The notes beneath the pieces were generated by a model. That model was not told the origin of the DNA and searched no databases. It worked only from the letters and a program-made list of their open reading frames with translations. A DNA stretch of 64,000 nt from an uncultured Rubritalea sp. (GTDB lineage: Bacteria; Verrucomicrobiota; Verrucomicrobiia; Verrucomicrobiales; Akkermansiaceae), in NCBI GenBank assembly GCA_937923145.1, contig CALAJT010000024.1, forward strand, positions 3,563 to 67,562. Direction: 5' to 3'. Every line of letters starts with the position of its first letter. The first letter of the stretch is position 1. Both the position numbers and the translations under genes were made by a program. Of the stretch, positions 60,371 through 64,000 are shown in pieces.

Positions 60371-62223
60371 TGTGTGCTATTTTTGGATGGTTTGGCGCAG
60401 ACACTTCAGAAAACCTTCGAGGTATGGCAGCCACCATGCAGCATAGAGGACCTGATGGAGAAGGCTTTCTGCACACTAGTGAAGTAGCCATTGGCATGAC
60501 CAGATTAGCTATAGTAGATTTAGAAAATGGACAGCAACCATTTCACTCTAACGATCAATCAATCTCGGTGGTCTGCAATGGAGAAATATACAACTTCGCA
60601 GAACTTAAAACACAACTCCTAGAACTAGGACACACATTCCAAACAAATTGTGACTGTGAAATCCTACCAGCAGCCTATCAGCAGTGGGGGATAGACTTTC
60701 TCAACAAACTTAATGGGATGTTCGCAATCGCAATCTACGATCATAGCCAAAATCAACTCACCCTAGCACGTGATCGCTTCGGTCAAAAGCCACTCTACTA
60801 TGCATCGCACAATGGAAATATCTACTTCTCCTCAGAGATAAGAGGATTGCACAAAATAGGTATTCCTAAAGCAATCAATCACTCGGCGATACCATCCTAT
60901 CTCTCTCTTAGATATGTTCCAGAACCAGAGACGATGTTCCAAGACATCAAAATATTACCTGTAGGATCGTTCTTAACAATTGAAAATGAGGTAACTATAA
61001 AGTGCAAAAAGTGGTATCAAATTCCTGTTTCGAAAACAGACTACCCAGATGCTACAACTGAACTCCATGACATCACCCGATTAGCGATTCACTCTGCGCT
61101 GATCTCTGATGTTCCCATCGCACTGCATCTTTCCGCAGGTATAGATTCATCAGTCCTTTTAGCTGAGATTAAAAAAACTGACACACCGATCCAATGTATC
61201 ACCGCAGGATTTGGAGCTAAATCTGATGAGGTAAATGAAGCCGCTGCGCTTTGTAAAAAATATACCCTAGCACATACCGTAGTAGAACTCTGCGCAGACG
61301 ATATCCGCTCATTACCTGATGTCATCTCACAGATGGAACTGCCAGTAGGCGATGCCTTAATACTAGCGTTTGATAGGCTCGCAGAGGCTACTGCTGAAGC
61401 AGGGTGCAAGGTTGCTATCGGAGGTGAAGGGATAGACGAAGCATTTGCAGGTTACTCATTTCATAAGTTCATGATGCTTGGAGAGAAATTGGGAAGTGTA
61501 GGGAGAGCTATCGCAGTCAGGGGACTAGCTCTCACACCAGAGTATATCCTGAATAAACTATCCGCATTTCCTGCCAATCTAGGTAAATCTGGAAGGCTTA
61601 AAATTCAAAACTATCTTCATAGCTATAATTATCTAACAGATTACGAAAAAGGAGTGAACCTACGGACTCTATTTAGTCAGTCTGAGATCAACCAACTAGC
61701 AGTAGTGAAGAACAAAAAAATCACACTGCCAGAGCTAACTCTGAGCAAGGGAGATTTACTAGAGAGCCATCTCAAACATCAATTCGAAAGCTGGATGCAA
61801 GACTGGGCGATTATACGCCAAGAGCGAAACACCATGGCGCATTCAGTAGAATATCGTATGCCGTTTCTAGATCATAGGCTTATCGAATTTGCATTTTCAC
61901 TAGAGAATAAGCAGAAGCTAAACGGACGAGCTGGTAAACATATCTGGCGAAAAATGGCTGCGAAATACTATCCAGAAACTCAGCACAAGCGCACCAAGCA
62001 ACCGTTCTTCTTCCCAACAGAAGAGCCTGCCTATTTCAAAGAAATCACGACGTTGCTAAATTCGACTATCGGTTCAGAAAAGTTTCATCAGCGTAGAATG
62101 TTTGATATGGAGCAGCTCAAGCAACTCCGTGAAACTGCTGAAAGAACCAGAGAGTTTCTCCCTATAAAACAACTTCTCTCTATCGCAATCTTAGAACTCT
62201 GGATGCAGGAACACGATTTATAA
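60370..62223 (+). CDS. asnB: Asparagine synthase-like glutamine amidotransferase (polysaccharide-locus type)
   Basis: MCAIFG, HRGPDGEG, RLAIVD, NGEIYN, RDRFGQKPLYY, SAGIDSS, GEGIDEAFAGY and EYRMPFLDH motifs. Confidence 0.92.
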   Translation: MCAIFGWFGADTSENLRGMAATMQHRGPDGEGFLHTSEVAIGMTRLAIVDLENGQQPFHSNDQSISVVCNGEIYNFAELKTQLLELGHTFQTNCDCEILPAAYQQWGIDFLNKLNGMFAIAIYDHSQNQLTLARDRFGQKPLYYASHNGNIYFSSEIRGLHKIGIPKAINHSAIPSYLSLRYVPEPETMFQDIKILPVGSFLTIENEVTIKCKKWYQIPVSKTDYPDATTELHDITRLAIHSALISDVPIALHLSAGIDSSVLLAEIKKTDTPIQCITAGFGAKSDEVNEAAALCKKYTLAHTVVELCADDIRSLPDVISQMELPVGDALILAFDRLAEATAEAGCKVAIGGEGIDEAFAGYSFHKFMMLGEKLGSVGRAIAVRGLALTPEYILNKLSAFPANLGKSGRLKIQNYLHSYNYLTDYEKGVNLRTLFSQSEINQLAVVKNKKITLPELTLSKGDLLESHLKHQFESWMQDWAIIRQERNTMAHSVEYRMPFLDHRLIEFAFSLENKQKLNGRAGKHIWRKMAAKYYPETQHKRTKQPFFFPTEEPAYFKEITTLLNSTIGSEKFHQRRMFDMEQLKQLRETAERTREFLPIKQLLSIAILELWMQEHDL

Positions 62224-62229
62224 GACATA

Positions 62230-62264
62230 AAAAAGCAATTTAGCACTGAGCTAAATTGCTTTTT
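62230..62264. terminator. Bidirectional intrinsic terminator between asnB and the DsbD gene
   Basis: AAAAAGCAATTTAGC-ACTGA-GCTAAATTGCTTTTT forms a perfect 15-bp inverted repeat. Confidence 0.85.
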
Positions 62265-62288
62265 AAAGTGTGTGATTACCAATTGTAT

Positions 62289-64000
62289 CTAGTCAGAATA
62301 GTTGACTGCATATTTTAAGGCTTTGATTGCATCGCCCGAGGTGGGAGTGCCATTCATGAGAACGCCTGGCATTGATAGATCTGATGGGTAGATGATCATT
62401 AGTGGGATGCCTCCTTCTTTAGTTCTCGCTAATTCTTTTTTCTCAGCAAGTGCATCTTCATCTGTTAGATCGAGTTTGATCTTCTCTACATTGTTAGATG
62501 CTACTAGCTGGTTTACTTCATTGCTTGAGAAGATACTCTTCTCAATGGCTATACAAGTTAGTCACCAATCAGCAGTGTAGTCTAGCCAGACTATTCTCCC
62601 TTCCTTACGCGTATTATCTACCATGGTTGGCTCCCAGCCTGTCCACTCATGATCTATGGCTGCGATCTGACTACGCTCGGTATTCATTGCCTGCCATGCG
62701 AGGTGTCCTGCACCTGTCGCTAGGATGATAGTGAGGGCGAATCCGACTACGTATCTGCGAATTTTCGGAGTAAATCTAGGGGACCATGTGCCGTATACGA
62801 ATGCGGCTGTCGCAAAAATAACTAATGACCAGAGCATGAGTATGATTCCTTCTTCACCAGTTTGCTTGATGAATACAGTGAGCAAGAATACGACTGTGGC
62901 TAGCAGCGGGAACGCCATAGACTTTTTAAAGGTGACCATCCAGTTTCCTGGTCTGGGGAGCTTATCGATAAGTTTAGGGAAGAAGGATAGTATGAGATAC
63001 GGGAAGGCGACTCCTAGCCCAAAGATGGTGAAGAGGAATAACGCAACGATTGCTGATTGTTGCAGAGTATAAGTCATCGCGGTAGCTAATAGAGGTGCTC
63101 CACATGGTGTTGCTATAAGAGTAGTAAGAATACCGCTGAAGAAAGAGCCTTGGTAACCTTTTTTCTGCTGTAAATTTCCCCCAGCACTGGTGAGTGAAGT
63201 TCCTACTTCAAATATACCAAAGAGGTTCATGGCGAAAAGTGCGAGTAATATGATCATGCTACCTACGAAGATCGGACTCTTCATCTGAGAACCCCAGGCA
63301 ATAGCATCACCAGTGGAAGCTTTGATCGCTAGGATAGTTCCTGCGAGTATCCACATAGAAACTAGCACCCCGAGTGTGAATACGAGTCCATGCATTTTGA
63401 TTTTCTTAGGATCATTTCCAGCTAGCTGGGCGAATCCCAGTACCTTAACACCTAAGACAGGGAATACGCAGGGCATAAGATTAAGAATCAATCCGCCTCC
63501 AAAAATGAGTGCCATGGCTAGCAAGAATGTCGTCTCTTCTTTCTTACCGGTTACCTGACCGTCTTTGTCCACGAGATTACCATTTTCGTCTACGAATAAT
63601 TGGTCACGGGGAATTACTACTCCAGCATCATTGACCACGTAACCGTCATCGTTAAGACGACTGATCGGAATGGTTATCACTGGGTTGTCAGGGACTAAGG
63701 CGAGACGTTCTTGCTGTGAACTTTCGGATTTTTCATCAACTGCAACTGTTGGACTTTCAGCTTCGGTCATAGCAGGAGAGCCGATAGAGAATAAAACACC
63801 GTGGACTCCATCGATGACTTTGTGGCTTTCAGAAGTGAAAATACCTGTAAGCTTGCTAGGGACTTCGGCGTCTTCTTTAAGTGCGACAGTAAGTTTGTAT
63901 CCACCGTCTATTACGTCCATTTGATGAGCTTTTTCAATATCGATGATTTTAGCATCGGTGATGAATACTGGCTTCTTAAGTTTGCTCAGATCTTCTTTAG
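62289..64000 (-). CDS. dsbD: DsbD/CcdA-family thiol:disulfide interchange protein with in-frame UGA (putative selenocysteine, UxxC), 5' end beyond the window
   Basis: TM domain Cys motifs LMPCVFPVL and ATPCGAPL. The frame is open from 64000 to the TGA at 62564-62562 and resumes for 90 codons to a TAG at 62291-62289: DYTADW-U-LTCIAIEKSIF...KLDLTD...GGIPLMIIYP, a thioredoxin-like DsbD-gamma domain. The family call is strong; Sec decoding is inferred. Confidence 0.85.
62523..62549 (-). promoter_or_regulatory. Candidate bacterial SECIS hairpin immediately 3' of the in-frame UGA
   Basis: mRNA: UGA CUAACUUGUAUA GC CA UUGAGAAGA-GUA-UCUUCUCAA GC. This is a perfect 9-bp stem with a G-first loop starting 26 nt after the UGA. 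Confidence 0.65.

Noticed and set aside
62562-62564. Reading the DsbD break as a frameshift or as genome-wide UGA reassignment (Trp/Gly)
   Set aside because: The downstream domain is in the same frame, so there is no frameshift. TGA works as a stop at pxpB (ATGA overlap) and the DUF2256 ORF, and the aligned residue is Cys, not Trp or Gly. A simple nonsense mutation is not excluded.
586-63924. Numerous 60-150 aa ORFs antisense or out of frame to long genes (e.g. 1970-2326, 5231-5680, 16506-16775, 42499-43089, 56511-56852, 62392-62580)
   Set aside because: They are shadow ORFs fully overlapping well-supported genes and have no motifs of their own.

Overview
Bacterial chromosomal window of moderate GC with no rRNA, tRNA or CRISPR array visible. 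It most likely comes from a Verrucomicrobiota genome (Rubritalea/Akkermansiaceae-like). This is inferred from a PEP-CTERM tail, a DUF1501/DUF1549-1553/cytochrome-c cluster and a verrucomicrobial-style pilin. From left to right it carries tamB-tamA, mscS, pxpABC, dapB-folK-panB, an OFA transporter/PQQ-type dehydrogenase/sulfocyanin-like cupredoxin unit, fabV with an AsmA-like gene, pyrD, envelope proteases and lipid enzymes, rnr, the four-gene DUF1501 cluster, argJ and feoAB. Next come a nest of three IS families, a PEP-CTERM + TMTC-like glycosylation locus and a DsbD-type gene running off the right edge. Best candidate for new biology: the DsbD gene does not end where the ORF track stops it. 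An in-frame TGA sits exactly at the first Cys of its thioredoxin motif (W-U-L-T-C). A perfect SECIS-like hairpin follows, then 90 more in-frame thioredoxin-like codons, pointing to an unannotated selenocysteine DsbD. Second candidate: a cupredoxin with His at the usual axial-Met position, encoded beside a PQQ-type dehydrogenase and an organic-acid transporter. No tools were used; family calls come from motif recognition by eye.
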